From positions 1 to 64,000 of the IMG/VR virus record IMGVR_UViG_3300028392_000049: 64,000 nucleotides of DNA; one strand, written 5' to 3'. This document shows, one piece after another, positions 16,841-26,011 of this stretch. Below the pieces are notes generated by a model that had not been told where the DNA came from, made no database searches, and worked only from the letters and a program-made list of their open reading frames with translations. The stretch comes from a virus. How positions within the stretch are numbered: position 1 is the first letter of the stretch; each line of letters begins with the position of its first letter. A program made the translations under genes and the position numbers.

Positions 16841-17473
16841 TTAACCGTACTTACACTCACCCGTGTGGTGATCAACTGCCCAAAGCAAACCAGGAATGCT
16901 ATCAATGGGATCAGTGCTGGTAGCCTTACAATGTGAGCAACGTTGAGTTACAGCCGAGCTCTTTGGTGCTTCGGCAGAAGGAGCTTTAACAATCGGAGCA
17001 ACTTTACTAGATGGTGCAGAAGCAATTGATTCATTAGAATTTTTAATGTCATCTTGAACAGCTGCAACTTGAGTTTCTGATTTTTTAGCGTTTCTATTAG
17101 AAACAATACGTTGATGACGCGCGTTGGTTTCCGTAACATCTTCGGGGTGAGCTCCAAAATGTTTTACAAAATCATCAACAGAAAAACTTAAATGGCTACC
17201 ATTTTTTCCTTCAATATTTACGGGAATGTCGCTGCTCATTATTTGAGCATACGTTTTTCCTACGGGAGTTGTGGAAACTATGTGCTTAGAACCTGGAGTG
17301 TTACGACGAAAATTTTTTTGAGATGGCAGCCATTGTCTAGAAGATTCCCAGCCGCGTATTCTACTAGTATCTGGCAACGCAGAGCTTTCTATAGCCATAC
17401 GAGCAGGCTCGTCCTCATTAGCACGAGGTAAATGAACCAGGCCCCTAAAACGCTGTTTAGGCTGCTCTGTCAT
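16841..17473 (-). CDS. Hypothetical protein; start uncertain
   Basis: ORF, start trimmed to MTEQPK. Confidence 0.65.
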   Translation of the reverse strand: MTEQPKQRFRGLVHLPRANEDEPARMAIESSALPDTSRIRGWESSRQWLPSQKNFRRNTPGSKHIVSTTPVGKTYAQIMSSDIPVNIEGKNGSHLSFSVDDFVKHFGAHPEDVTETNARHQRIVSNRNAKKSETQVAAVQDDIKNSNESIASAPSSKVAPIVKAPSAEAPKSSAVTQRCSHCKATSTDPIDSIPGLLWAVDHHTGECKYG

Positions 17474-17475
17474 GG

Positions 17476-18269
17476 TTAATCGCGACCCTGCGCAAAGCAT
17501 GAACGGCAAGGGGTATCCCCATGCATACGTTCAGACATTTCATCGGCTATAGCTGATCCAACATCATGTTTTTCGTAATCTGTAACATGTACAGGATTAG
17601 CACAATCATCGTTCTTACATAGCGCTGGCGAAAGGCTTGGCTGTCCTGATTTACGATAAAGACTGTGAAGCTTTTGCTTGTGCAAGGCTAAATTAGCAAG
17701 GTCTCCTTGCGCATGTGCCATCATAGCATTTTTTAAGTGCTCTTCTGCAATTGACGCTGTAGAACGCTCGTCTGGGCTCGCCAAAGGCTCAACAAAACCT
17801 TTTCCCTTAGGCATAGCGTACGCGCTAGTTCCATTACTAAATGGGGTTCCCTTATGGGGCATTCCTTCTGCAATAGCTGTAGGTACAGAGTGAACACCTC
17901 TAGGAATACCATAAGTTCCTGAAGTAGTATCTACTGTTGGGGTTGGCACGGATGCATCAGCGCCCGTACCCCAACCTGCTGGGGCTTTTCCTCGTCGTTG
18001 AGCACTGGCTTTAGGCCCAACATATGGAGTTACTTCATTTGCTTTGTCTTTAGCTTCTTGCTCTTTTGCTAATTTACGTTCTGCGGCTGTAGCTTCTAGT
18101 TGCGCTTTTACAGAATCTGTGTCTAAGTCGGCATCATAATTAGTTTGCCCATTAACTTTTGGGCGAGCATTACGGACTGCAGCAGTTGCATCGCGTTGTG
18201 CTCTGGCGGCCGCTTCACCTTCAGCAATGACCTGCTTAGTAGTCTTTTTCTTTTTATTGTCAGCCATCT
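17476..18269 (-). CDS. Hypothetical low-complexity protein; start approximate (MADNKK)
   Basis: ORF with AAGGA SD. Confidence 0.65.
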
Positions 18270-18577
18270 TATTGTCCTTCTGGGTGGTTAGACTCATCTT
18301 GCTGGTCTGCTACCTCTGGAGCGTCGCAGCCCCTTTCGCCACACCCGCCACAGCAACTACCGCACGATGGGTAAATGCCATCGCCAGGGCCATTTGTGCC
18401 ATGAGTAGCATCATTGTTACACCATGAGCAAGATGGGCGCTCGTTTTGACCAGTGCAACTTGGGCACTTAGCATCTGACCCCATCATGTGCTGGGCGTGC
18501 AAGCCTGTAGCGTGCTCAAAATCAAGCTGGTTGCGGTGGTGGTTGTCTTTGTTATGAATCTTATGTAGCTTTGGCAT
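18269..18577 (-). CDS. Cys/His-rich hypothetical protein
   Basis: ORF. Confidence 0.7.
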   Translation of the reverse strand: MPKLHKIHNKDNHHRNQLDFEHATGLHAQHMMGSDAKCPSCTGQNERPSCSWCNNDATHGTNGPGDGIYPSCGSCCGGCGERGCDAPEVADQQDESNHPEGQ

Positions 18578-18579
18578 AA

Positions 18580-18957
18580 TTACATTCCTGGCTGACGGCT
18601 AGTATCATCTGAACGATCTTGTGGAGCAAGAACCATGCCGTCTGCTCTACGCTTAGCGTGCTTAGCGTAGAAAGTTGGGTTTCCCATATGGGCAAGGCCT
18701 TCATGGCTAAGCATGTTGTTGTAATCATTTTCAGCAGGTCCTATTAATTCTTTGTTATAGTTACTAGCTTGTCCGTAAGCACCTGCACGATTTGCAGGGA
18801 ACACCATAATTGCGCCATTATCTTTATTTATAACATTTCCGTTATCAGCACGTTTGCTACGCTTGCCGCCTACCATAGAAGGGTCACCTGCACTTAGTGT
18901 GTATGGCCTACGTGGTGAAACAACTTTTTTAGCAGGAGCTGCTTTTTTTGCAACCAT
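18580..18957 (-). CDS. Hypothetical protein
   Basis: ORF. Confidence 0.75.
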   Translation of the reverse strand: MVAKKAAPAKKVVSPRRPYTLSAGDPSMVGGKRSKRADNGNVINKDNGAIMVFPANRAGAYGQASNYNKELIGPAENDYNNMLSHEGLAHMGNPTFYAKHAKRRADGMVLAPQDRSDDTSRQPGM

Positions 18958-18959
18958 AA

Positions 18960-19166
18960 TTATTTACCTGGGTTCACTTTCTGAGGATCTTCAGAGTTAA
19001 TGAAGCCATAGTTCATGTAAGGGTGCAGACCTGCGCGATTAGCGATAGTCTGCTGGTCACCCATTCCTGGGGATACAGTGGTATTTGGGCGGCGCTTACG
19101 GTACTTGCCGTCAGTTGAGCCTTCATTGAGTTCGGAGTTTGACGAACGGCGATGAGGTACGGTCAT
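18960..19166 (-). CDS. Hypothetical protein
   Basis: ATGA-coupled ORF. Confidence 0.75.
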   Translation of the reverse strand: MTVPHRRSSNSELNEGSTDGKYRKRRPNTTVSPGMGDQQTIANRAGLHPYMNYGFINSEDPQKVNPGK

Positions 19167-19399
19167 TCTGCTACCATCCTGTTCTTTAATAGATTTGATG
19201 CCTTACGATGATTACATCCTGAGCAGTATTGGTTATGCAATGCCGTATACGGGTCAAGCATAAGTCCACAAGCTAAGCATGGCTTACTACCATTGTAGTA
19301 GGTATTTTTAAGCATTTCTTGGGTAACTAAATTAACATCGTGGGAGCCGTATTCGCCCTCACCTGTTGAGTCTGTCATTAAACCTGGATCGATAGCCAT
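19163..19399 (-). CDS. Zn-finger hypothetical protein
   Basis: Two CxxC motifs. Confidence 0.75.
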   Translation of the reverse strand: MAIDPGLMTDSTGEGEYGSHDVNLVTQEMLKNTYYNGSKPCLACGLMLDPYTALHNQYCSGCNHRKASNLLKNRMVAE

Positions 19400-19671
19400 T
19401 AGATGTCCTTCAAAGGGCGCTTGTTTTCAGGTTTGTAAACCTTAACTCTATTCTTTACGTACTCAACCGACGCCCGTTTTTCTTCTGGGGTATACATGTC
19501 GCTGTAATCTCTGAGGGTTTGTCTAGCATCACTAAGTAAAGCGCCAGCAGGGCTTACTGAGAACGGAATGCTGTTTTCCTCGTATGGGTGCAAAGGCTGG
19601 TGACGTTCTCCCGACATGCGAGCCTGACGACGGGCATCTCTAGAACGGTCTTTGGGTGAGTCAATAGTCAT
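19399..19671 (-). CDS. Hypothetical protein
   Basis: TAATG coupling. Confidence 0.7.
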   Translation of the reverse strand: MTIDSPKDRSRDARRQARMSGERHQPLHPYEENSIPFSVSPAGALLSDARQTLRDYSDMYTPEEKRASVEYVKNRVKVYKPENKRPLKDI

Positions 19672-19883
19672 TAGAATCCTACTTTAGTTTTTGCTGGCCC
19701 CATAGGAGTAGGCTTAAGCGCAGCACCTGATCCACTAGGTGACTTAGGCTTCTTTGGCTTAACTGATGTACCGCCTTCAGGTGACCTGGGGGGTGTATCT
19801 GGACCAGGATAATTTGGACCATCACCATTAGTCTTTTTCTTGTTAGGGCTTGAGTACGGGCCCCATTGCTTGTTTGGAATCAT
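19671..19883 (-). CDS. Pro/Lys-rich hypothetical protein
   Basis: TAATG coupling. Confidence 0.65.
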   Translation of the reverse strand: MIPNKQWGPYSSPNKKKTNGDGPNYPGPDTPPRSPEGGTSVKPKKPKSPSGSGAALKPTPMGPAKTKVGF

Positions 19884-20230
19884 TAGACGCCGTATCCTAA
19901 CGTGTTGCGAGAACTGGACTCTGCTTGAGCCGCTGGATTTGGAGTGTCCACGCGTTCTGTAACAGGTACGTTCAAGTTTATCATGTCGTCAATGCCATAT
20001 TCCTTTGTTTCATAACCAAATCTTGGCGGAAACAATTGGATCTGAGGAAGGTTTGGGCGAACAAATTCTTGAATCTGTTCACTGGTCATGTTAAATGCCT
20101 GTAATGCCTGAGTCAAATTTTGCTCTTGGTTACTGGCAAAGGGGCCAATATACGCTTGAGGTGGGTAAGCGGCCTCGGGCTTGGCAATCCACGGGCGATT
20201 GGAGTATACGCCATCTGGGGTATTAGGCAT
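19883..20230 (-). CDS. Hypothetical protein
   Basis: ORF with GGAG SD. Confidence 0.75.
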   Translation of the reverse strand: MPNTPDGVYSNRPWIAKPEAAYPPQAYIGPFASNQEQNLTQALQAFNMTSEQIQEFVRPNLPQIQLFPPRFGYETKEYGIDDMINLNVPVTERVDTPNPAAQAESSSRNTLGYGV

Positions 20231-20233
20231 GCG

Positions 20234-20773
20234 CTATCTCCAACTAGGGCGCATGTTAGACAACTGAGCAACACGCTTAGCGTCTATGTTGTACGGCGAA
20301 TCGCTACGTACGTTAGGTCCAGCTTTTCCGTCATTAGGTAAGTGAGGGGCTGGAACTAGCTTTTGGTTTTCGACATGACGCGGGGCTGCCCAGGCGTTTC
20401 CATCAAATTGTGCTTTTTTCTGACGCTTAATACCGCGAGCAGGATCCAAGTCAGTTGGATAGTAATAGTCAGAAGGGTCAATGCGCTCACCGCGATGTAC
20501 TCCTCGTTGGTAGCCACGTTGACCGAGGCGTTGCTTCATGCTATTCAGAACTGTATCTGACGTGCTAGAAGGTCGGCCTCGGTCATCGCGACGACTTCGA
20601 ATAGTGCCTAAGTAGCCATCAGGGTACTCTGCAGATGGTACACGTCCAACGCCAATACGAAGAAAGTCAAGCTCTCCACGTGCAACGGGCATACCGCCGC
20701 CACCAAAGTTGGTGTTAGTGCCATAAAGGCCACTAGCGCCTAAATTTTGGACATTCTGATGTGCTTGAGGCAT
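20234..20773 (-). CDS. Hypothetical protein, leaderless
   Basis: TAAAAT-6 nt-ATG; PSAEYPDGYLGTI motif. Confidence 0.8.
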   Translation of the reverse strand: MPQAHQNVQNLGASGLYGTNTNFGGGGMPVARGELDFLRIGVGRVPSAEYPDGYLGTIRSRRDDRGRPSSTSDTVLNSMKQRLGQRGYQRGVHRGERIDPSDYYYPTDLDPARGIKRQKKAQFDGNAWAAPRHVENQKLVPAPHLPNDGKAGPNVRSDSPYNIDAKRVAQLSNMRPSWR

Positions 20774-20793
20774 GTACCCATTTTACCTCTTAG

Positions 20794-21819
20794 TTACTTA
20801 ATTGACGACCTAAACTCGTTACCAGCATATACAGCCCAGCCATCCATAATATGAATGTTTTCAATAGTAAATGAGTTTGCGCCTTCAAATTCCCCAGACT
20901 CCTTGTACCAAACTAAACCGACACCTTGTTGCCAGTTTTCATACTGGGAAACAGGCATTTCGTTAGCACGAACCCCACCCATAACTGACGGAACTGCTCC
21001 ATCAATACGGCATAGGCTACCTGGACTATAGGCAAGATTCTGTACCATGCCGTGGTAGGTATCGTGGGTCTTGTACATAAGCTCTTGGCGATGTGAGTGC
21101 CCGTAGATAACGCTCTCCATGTGGTTAGCGTTTAGGTACTTGTTTGCTGTTGATCCGTTAGAGTTAGCCTTAGTTCCATGACGAGCCACAAGGCGGTCAT
21201 TAATATAGAACTTATCCGCTGGGTACCCATCTACCATAGTAATGCCCAAATCCTGAAAATTAAGCAGGTGGGAAAGGCTCATTACTAGGTCAGGGGAATT
21301 AACTTGACGCATACGGGAGGCTGCCATAGCCTGCAAGTTCATGTACTTATTAATACGGCAGTCGTGGTTGCCTTCAATAAATACAATTTCTGCTGAAGGG
21401 GCCAAAGCACGCTGGGTAGCCAAAAAATCATGGCAAGCCTTTAATGACTCGTTGATAGTGTTATAGAAAGCGTTTTCTTGAGCGTACTTGCCAAACATGG
21501 GCAAATCAAGGGTATCTCCAAGATTAACTACAAGGTCTACGCCGTACTCGTACTCAAGCATTTCCAGTATTTGCATAGCAACACTGATAGCATGCACATC
21601 GTGAAATGGATCAAGCGTCCCATCTTCGTAACGGCGAAAACCAATTTGGGCATCTGGCAAAAGTACGCCAAGTTTCCAATCATTTTTCTTTTTCTTGACT
21701 TTAGCCTTGGTTAACTTTGGTAGCACGGCGTTTCGTGCAGGAAACACCGTGTTGGATTCTGTTTGCGGTGCAGTAAGAGCTTGTGCTAATACGTCTAGAA
21801 TGTCTTTGGACATGTGCAA
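20794..21819 (-). CDS. Calcineurin-like metallophosphoesterase
   Basis: PDxQ, LGDxxD, EGNHD, HG and GHSHR motifs. Confidence 0.88.
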   Translation of the reverse strand: MHMSKDILDVLAQALTAPQTESNTVFPARNAVLPKLTKAKVKKKKNDWKLGVLLPDAQIGFRRYEDGTLDPFHDVHAISVAMQILEMLEYEYGVDLVVNLGDTLDLPMFGKYAQENAFYNTINESLKACHDFLATQRALAPSAEIVFIEGNHDCRINKYMNLQAMAASRMRQVNSPDLVMSLSHLLNFQDLGITMVDGYPADKFYINDRLVARHGTKANSNGSTANKYLNANHMESVIYGHSHRQELMYKTHDTYHGMVQNLAYSPGSLCRIDGAVPSVMGGVRANEMPVSQYENWQQGVGLVWYKESGEFEGANSFTIENIHIMDGWAVYAGNEFRSSIK

Positions 21820-22037
21820 TTTCCCCTCATATGGGATTTAAAAGTAGTCAACTGAAAATTAATTTCTGATGACCTTAGGTCGCGGTACAAGCCAGAAATA
21901 TTTAAATCAGGCTTTTGCAAAAGCTGAAAGAACAGCGTGTTTACTTTTTCGTCTTGCGCATCTAACCACTTGCCAACTAAACACTTGCTTTGTTTCTTAA
22001 CACCTTCCAGGTGTTCTTGCAGTACATCAGCAATCAT
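21795..22037 (-). CDS. Small HTH-like protein coupled to the metallophosphoesterase
   Basis: C...H..G.CxC pattern; AGGAG SD. Confidence 0.7.
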   Translation of the reverse strand: MIADVLQEHLEGVKKQSKCLVGKWLDAQDEKVNTLFFQLLQKPDLNISGLYRDLRSSEINFQLTTFKSHMRGNCTCPKTF

Positions 22038-22096
22038 GTTCTCTCCTAAGTGTGAGCCGATATGTCAGCCTACCATAACATATGACGACACAACGA

Positions 22097-22124
22097 CAAA
22101 ACCCCGCCCAAAAATTGGACGGGG
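22097..22124 (-). terminator. Probable intrinsic terminator
   Basis: CCCCGTCCAA...TTGGGCGGGG-TTTT on the minus strand. Confidence 0.65.
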
Positions 22125-22140
22125 CGTTGACTAGAGAATG

Positions 22141-22461
22141 TTAGTTGTGGTCTGCTCCACCGATAGCAAAGTTAGGGGCAGTGCGGTTAATTACAGGATT
22201 AAGGATACGTCCGTTAGCCTGAGTGAAACCTGCTTCTGGTGCGGTGTGTGCTTCAAAACCAACTTGAAGACCATACTGAGCACCATTGCGTTCGCGTGGA
22301 GCGTACGGATGCTTTCCAATTGGCTGAATAGCTGGATCAGCATGAGCCGTGTTCTTGCGGGGCATGGCAGTGGTGTTCTTTGACAAAGCTCCAGAAAGAT
22401 TCTGAGCAGTGGCGCTGTCTGGTGCTGAACCAGGCATAGGTGCGAGTGGGCGACTAGCCAT
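22141..22461 (-). CDS. Hypothetical protein
   Basis: ORF with AGAGG SD, followed by a terminator. Confidence 0.75.
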   Translation of the reverse strand: MASRPLAPMPGSAPDSATAQNLSGALSKNTTAMPRKNTAHADPAIQPIGKHPYAPRERNGAQYGLQVGFEAHTAPEAGFTQANGRILNPVINRTAPNFAIGGADHN

Positions 22462-22521
22462 TATGAAACCTCTTTAGTAAATGGGTGACTTATTAAAGTT
22501 TAAGCCGAAAAGTCTAATAAA

Positions 22522-22800
22522 TCAGTCTGAAGTGACAGTAAATACAATTGCTGAAATGTCACCATCGTGGCTTTTAATGGTGGAAAATCCTGGGATGCAT
22601 TTAAGATCTAGGCCGCGTGGAGCAGTATAGCCTCGGGCAATGGCAATAGCTTTAACAGCCTGGTTAACAGCTCCAGCGCCTACGGCACGAAGCTTGCAGG
22701 AATGGTGCTCATAAATAGCATAGGCAATAGCTGAGGCTACTGACTGGGGATTTGACCCTGCACTTACTTTTAGAATTTGGTCTTCTGGTGTTTCCGACAT
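22522..22800 (-). CDS. spoVS: Stage V sporulation protein S (Alba-like fold)
   Basis: ILKVSAGSNPQSVASAIA...LRAVGAGAVNQAVKAIAIARGY.AP.GLDL.CIPGF matches the SpoVS signature. Confidence 0.9.
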   Translation of the reverse strand: MSETPEDQILKVSAGSNPQSVASAIAYAIYEHHSCKLRAVGAGAVNQAVKAIAIARGYTAPRGLDLKCIPGFSTIKSHDGDISAIVFTVTSD

Positions 22801-22857
22801 TGTGTACCTCATAAATGAATGAATATAACGTTTCTATAAGTATGAGGGATAAAATGC

Positions 22858-23412
22858 CTATTTTCCTTGTGAAAGGAGCTTTTCCATAACTTCTTTTTCA
22901 TACTCAAATTCGGGCTTATTTTGAGCAATCTTAGCTAAACCATAAGAATCGGCAGCATTGTCATCTAAAAGTTCTACGCCCCACTTTTTATATACGGCTA
23001 GCATCATCTGGCTTTTACTAACCGCATTACCTTTCCCAGCAACGTACTTTTTAAGACTGGTGGGGGCTACTATCAAAGGGTGTTTAGCTTCTGGGTAATA
23101 CACGCTAAACATATCCCATAAAGTAAGTTTTACTACTGCTCCTAGTTCACCAGCCATGTTAGCCATCTGGCTACCGAATGCATAACCTTCCATAGCAACA
23201 GTTCCTACTAAAAGAGGTTCCAAAAAGTCAACCATAACTTTACGGGCATGTACTAGGCGCTCAACGCCGTTGCCTTCTAATTTCCAAACCTCAGTGTAAT
23301 AATTATTTTTGTCATCTATTGCCGTCATAGCAAATCCGCTGTAAGACTGGTCAATACCAATGGCTACTGCGCCTCGGAGATTTGGAACCCCAAAAATTTT
23401 CTTATTAGCCAC
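22858..23412 (-). CDS. ruvC: RuvC-like Holliday junction resolvase
   Basis: IGIDQS, VAMEG, PTSLKK..GKGNA.K, DDNAADSY. Confidence 0.8.
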   Translation of the reverse strand: MANKKIFGVPNLRGAVAIGIDQSYSGFAMTAIDDKNNYYTEVWKLEGNGVERLVHARKVMVDFLEPLLVGTVAMEGYAFGSQMANMAGELGAVVKLTLWDMFSVYYPEAKHPLIVAPTSLKKYVAGKGNAVSKSQMMLAVYKKWGVELLDDNAADSYGLAKIAQNKPEFEYEKEVMEKLLSQGK

Positions 23413-23651
23413 TACTGCTCGCCGTCTAAAAACAAAATAGTTGTGCAAGGATACTGAGCAGTACCTAACCCTTTAGTAACAGATGCAACTAGCAAACTGC
23501 AAGCCATACAATGACGGCCATCTGTAGTTGGGTGATGCAAGTCACGTACACGCTGGATAGATTCACGTAATGCGTTTACCTGTAGCCACAATTCGTTAGT
23601 AGGCTCAATAGTTATGTTTTGTTTTACTTTATTTCCAACTTCAAGTTCCAT
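23412..23651 (-). CDS. Hypothetical protein (RVRDLH...CxxC...YPCxT family)
   Basis: ORF; paralogous motif at 9281..9502. Confidence 0.7.
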   Translation of the reverse strand: MELEVGNKVKQNITIEPTNELWLQVNALRESIQRVRDLHHPTTDGRHCMACSLLVASVTKGLGTAQYPCTTILFLDGEQ

Positions 23652-23803
23652 TATTTCTCACCACTTAATGCTGAGGCGTAGCCTTCGTGCCAAGCTTTGC
23701 TACACCAACGGCATAACCCATCAATTAATTCAATTGGTACGGTACCTTCTGGTTGATTTTTAATAGCCGAACAAAGTGAGCACAGGTCTTTATGATAACT
23801 CAT
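23651..23803 (-). CDS. Small Zn-finger protein (50 aa)
   Basis: Translated by hand; ATGA and TAATG coupling. Confidence 0.6.
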   Translation of the reverse strand: MSYHKDLCSLCSAIKNQPEGTVPIELIDGLCRWCSKAWHEGYASALSGEK

Positions 23804-24285
23804 GTCGTAAACTTATTCACTCGGCTAAAATTACCTGACGTACGGCGAGTAATTTCACGGCTAATAAAATCGCAGTCAGATTTAATGTTGGTATACATCA
23901 TCTCCATGCCCTTGCGGTAATCATAAGCAAATGCCTGAGCATCTGCTAGTTTTTCAATGGTGGGGTCAGTGGAAATTTTGGCCTTAATAGCCGAAACCGT
24001 CATTTTAGTTCCAGTAAACTCTTCCATAGCCAAAGCCTCAGCCATATCTAAACGCTTCTTGGCATTAGACTCATCAATCTGAGAGCATGTTACTTGGGCC
24101 AGGATAAACTGTAAGTAAGCATTGTACTCTTGATACAAACGCATGACGTTTAAGTCATCAAGATCAGTAATGTCATGAGGCATCATTGGGCTTGAGTTTT
24201 CAAACTCAGACGACAACGTAAATCCCTGAGCACGAATGGTGTCAATAGTCTTCTGGCTTTCCTCAGCCCGTAGTTTAATCGACAT
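23800..24285 (-). CDS. Helical protein, possible UvsY-like recombination mediator
   Basis: Coiled-coil character, SREITRR C-terminus, location in the recombination module. Confidence 0.45.
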   Translation of the reverse strand: MSIKLRAEESQKTIDTIRAQGFTLSSEFENSSPMMPHDITDLDDLNVMRLYQEYNAYLQFILAQVTCSQIDESNAKKRLDMAEALAMEEFTGTKMTVSAIKAKISTDPTIEKLADAQAFAYDYRKGMEMMYTNIKSDCDFISREITRRTSGNFSRVNKFTT

Positions 24286-25171
24286 TGTGAACCTCACATT
24301 TATAGCATGAACCAAATGGATTGATATTACAAGTAGGCGGTACCTGGTCTTTAACTGCCTGCATAATCATAGAGGCTGAGTCAAACAATTCGGTGACACC
24401 GAAGTCACTCTTGCTAACCACAAACTCTTTACGCTTTTGATCTACCTTAGACTCGTATACAAATACAGCTTCTTTAGGGAAGTTAGTAGGGTCCATAATC
24501 TCCAGCAACTTCATGTAAACCTGCGCCTGCATGAGGTGAGAATAAAATGGATTTTTTAACTCTGACCAGTACTTCTTAAAATCGTTGCCTGAATCAATCC
24601 AACCAGTAGGGTCTTCCCAGCGAAATGTTCCTTCACCAACAGATTTAATCTCAAGCAATAGGTCTTCGCCTAAACCAACAATCCAGCCGTCAGCATGACC
24701 TGAAATGCCATGAGCAAGGCTAGACACAGGAACTTCCCTGTACTTTAACTTTTCATTTCCACAAGCCTCGCACTGTGTAGGGCTCAAAGCCCAAAACGTA
24801 TGGCTCTCATCCTTTTGGCACTGCCATAAACCGTACAGGTTACCCATGCCCCAGAACCATGTCTGGTAACGGTCATGAATACGATGGCCTTCTTCAAACA
24901 CCAGCATTTGGTCAATGCTTGCTTTGAATTTGCTTGGGGCAGGCTTAGCACCCTGCAGAGTATAGTACTCAGCACGATGGCACCAATCAGATTTAATCAT
25001 TGCTGATGGATGAATAACGTTAGTGGCTCGGTCACCGTTCATAGGCTGAGCCAATACAAAACGCTCTAGTGAAGTAAGCACACGAGTTTCGCGCTTACCT
25101 GCGTCTACCAATTTCTTAAGCGTTCCAGCGGGGCGGGTTTTCTGGGTTTTCGTGGGGCCTGTGCCAGTCAT
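24275..25171 (-). CDS. Cas4-like PD-(D/E)XK exonuclease
   Basis: HPS..C.R, G..IH, GHADG, LEIKS, Q..VYM, C-terminal C..C..C. Confidence 0.85.
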   Translation of the reverse strand: MTGTGPTKTQKTRPAGTLKKLVDAGKRETRVLTSLERFVLAQPMNGDRATNVIHPSAMIKSDWCHRAEYYTLQGAKPAPSKFKASIDQMLVFEEGHRIHDRYQTWFWGMGNLYGLWQCQKDESHTFWALSPTQCEACGNEKLKYREVPVSSLAHGISGHADGWIVGLGEDLLLEIKSVGEGTFRWEDPTGWIDSGNDFKKYWSELKNPFYSHLMQAQVYMKLLEIMDPTNFPKEAVFVYESKVDQKRKEFVVSKSDFGVTELFDSASMIMQAVKDQVPPTCNINPFGSCYKCEVHNVD

Positions 25172-25385
25172 TTGTTTCTCCCTTTTTATTGTAACTATCT
25201 AATGGCTTGCAAGTATGCCAATCTTTATGCGCTACACGCTTATAGCATTTAGGGCATTGAATCATTGGCCTAGGATTGGTAGGCATATCCCCACCAGGTT
25301 TCTTTACAGGTACTGTATCACAACTATGTGTTGCTGTGCGCCACCAGACTTTACAGTCGGGACATCTAAAAGGTGAGTATTCCAT
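25116..25385 (-). CDS. Zn-finger hypothetical protein
   Basis: CPDC, HSC, CPKC, HTC. Confidence 0.6.
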   Translation of the reverse strand: MEYSPFRCPDCKVWWRTATHSCDTVPVKKPGGDMPTNPRPMIQCPKCYKRVAHKDWHTCKPLDSYNKKGETNDWHRPHENPENPPRWNA

Positions 25386-25700
25386 TCAATTCTCCTCAAG
25401 CCATTGCTCTAACGTTTTACCATTTCGAATAGCTTTACGGACTAAAGCGTTACGCTCTCGTCTGCTAAGCCCTCCCCAAATTCCGTACTCTTCATCCCTA
25501 CCATGCGCGTAAAGTAAACAGTCTTTCTTTACTGGACACGGTGGTCGGCCATCTTTGCCTAAGCATACTGCCTTAGACTGATCAGCAATCACAGTATACA
25601 AGTTTTTATCACGGGGTGGATACCAGTTATTAGTATCCATACCAATGCACTTGGCATCTGCTCGCCAGTTTTCTACATCTAGTGGGTCTCGCACGTACAC
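25386..25700 (-). CDS. whiB: WhiB-family transcription factor
   Basis: W...AKC...C....CPV...C...GIWGGLS..ER. Confidence 0.9.
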   Translation of the reverse strand: MYVRDPLDVENWRADAKCIGMDTNNWYPPRDKNLYTVIADQSKAVCLGKDGRPPCPVKKDCLLYAHGRDEEYGIWGGLSRRERNALVRKAIRNGKTLEQWLEEN

Positions 25701-26011
25701 TCCTGGAGCTTTTGGCGAAGCTCCAGAAAATCATTTTCATCTAACATGACATAGTTCTCACCGTTAAGATGAAAACCAAGGACAGGCATTCGGCCATCAA
25801 GGATGGCTTCTTTGACAATTTTTTCTAGAACTGCCGCTTTGACAGTTACTTGTTGTTTACCCGTCCACTTATGTTCCACTAGCAAGTCAGCACTTCGGAC
25901 ATCGCCTTTGCGACTCCAAAATGCTCCAGAAGCAGCAACGGTGCTGCCTCCAATAGCCTTGGCTAATCTATTTTCGTGCTTCTTAGACTGAATTTGGCCT
26001 TCAGACCGCAT
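25679..26011 (-). CDS. PD-(D/E)XK nuclease, Hjc-like resolvase
   Basis: HE...SGA....GDV.....LVEHK. Confidence 0.7.
   Translation of the reverse strand: MRSEGQIQSKKHENRLAKAIGGSTVAASGAFWSRKGDVRSADLLVEHKWTGKQQVTVKAAVLEKIVKEAILDGRMPVLGFHLNGENYVMLDENDFLELRQKLQECTCETH

Noticed and set aside
24275-25171. CRISPR-Cas system suggested by the Cas4-like gene
   Set aside because: No array or other cas genes are seen; solo Cas4-like nucleases are common in phage recombination modules.
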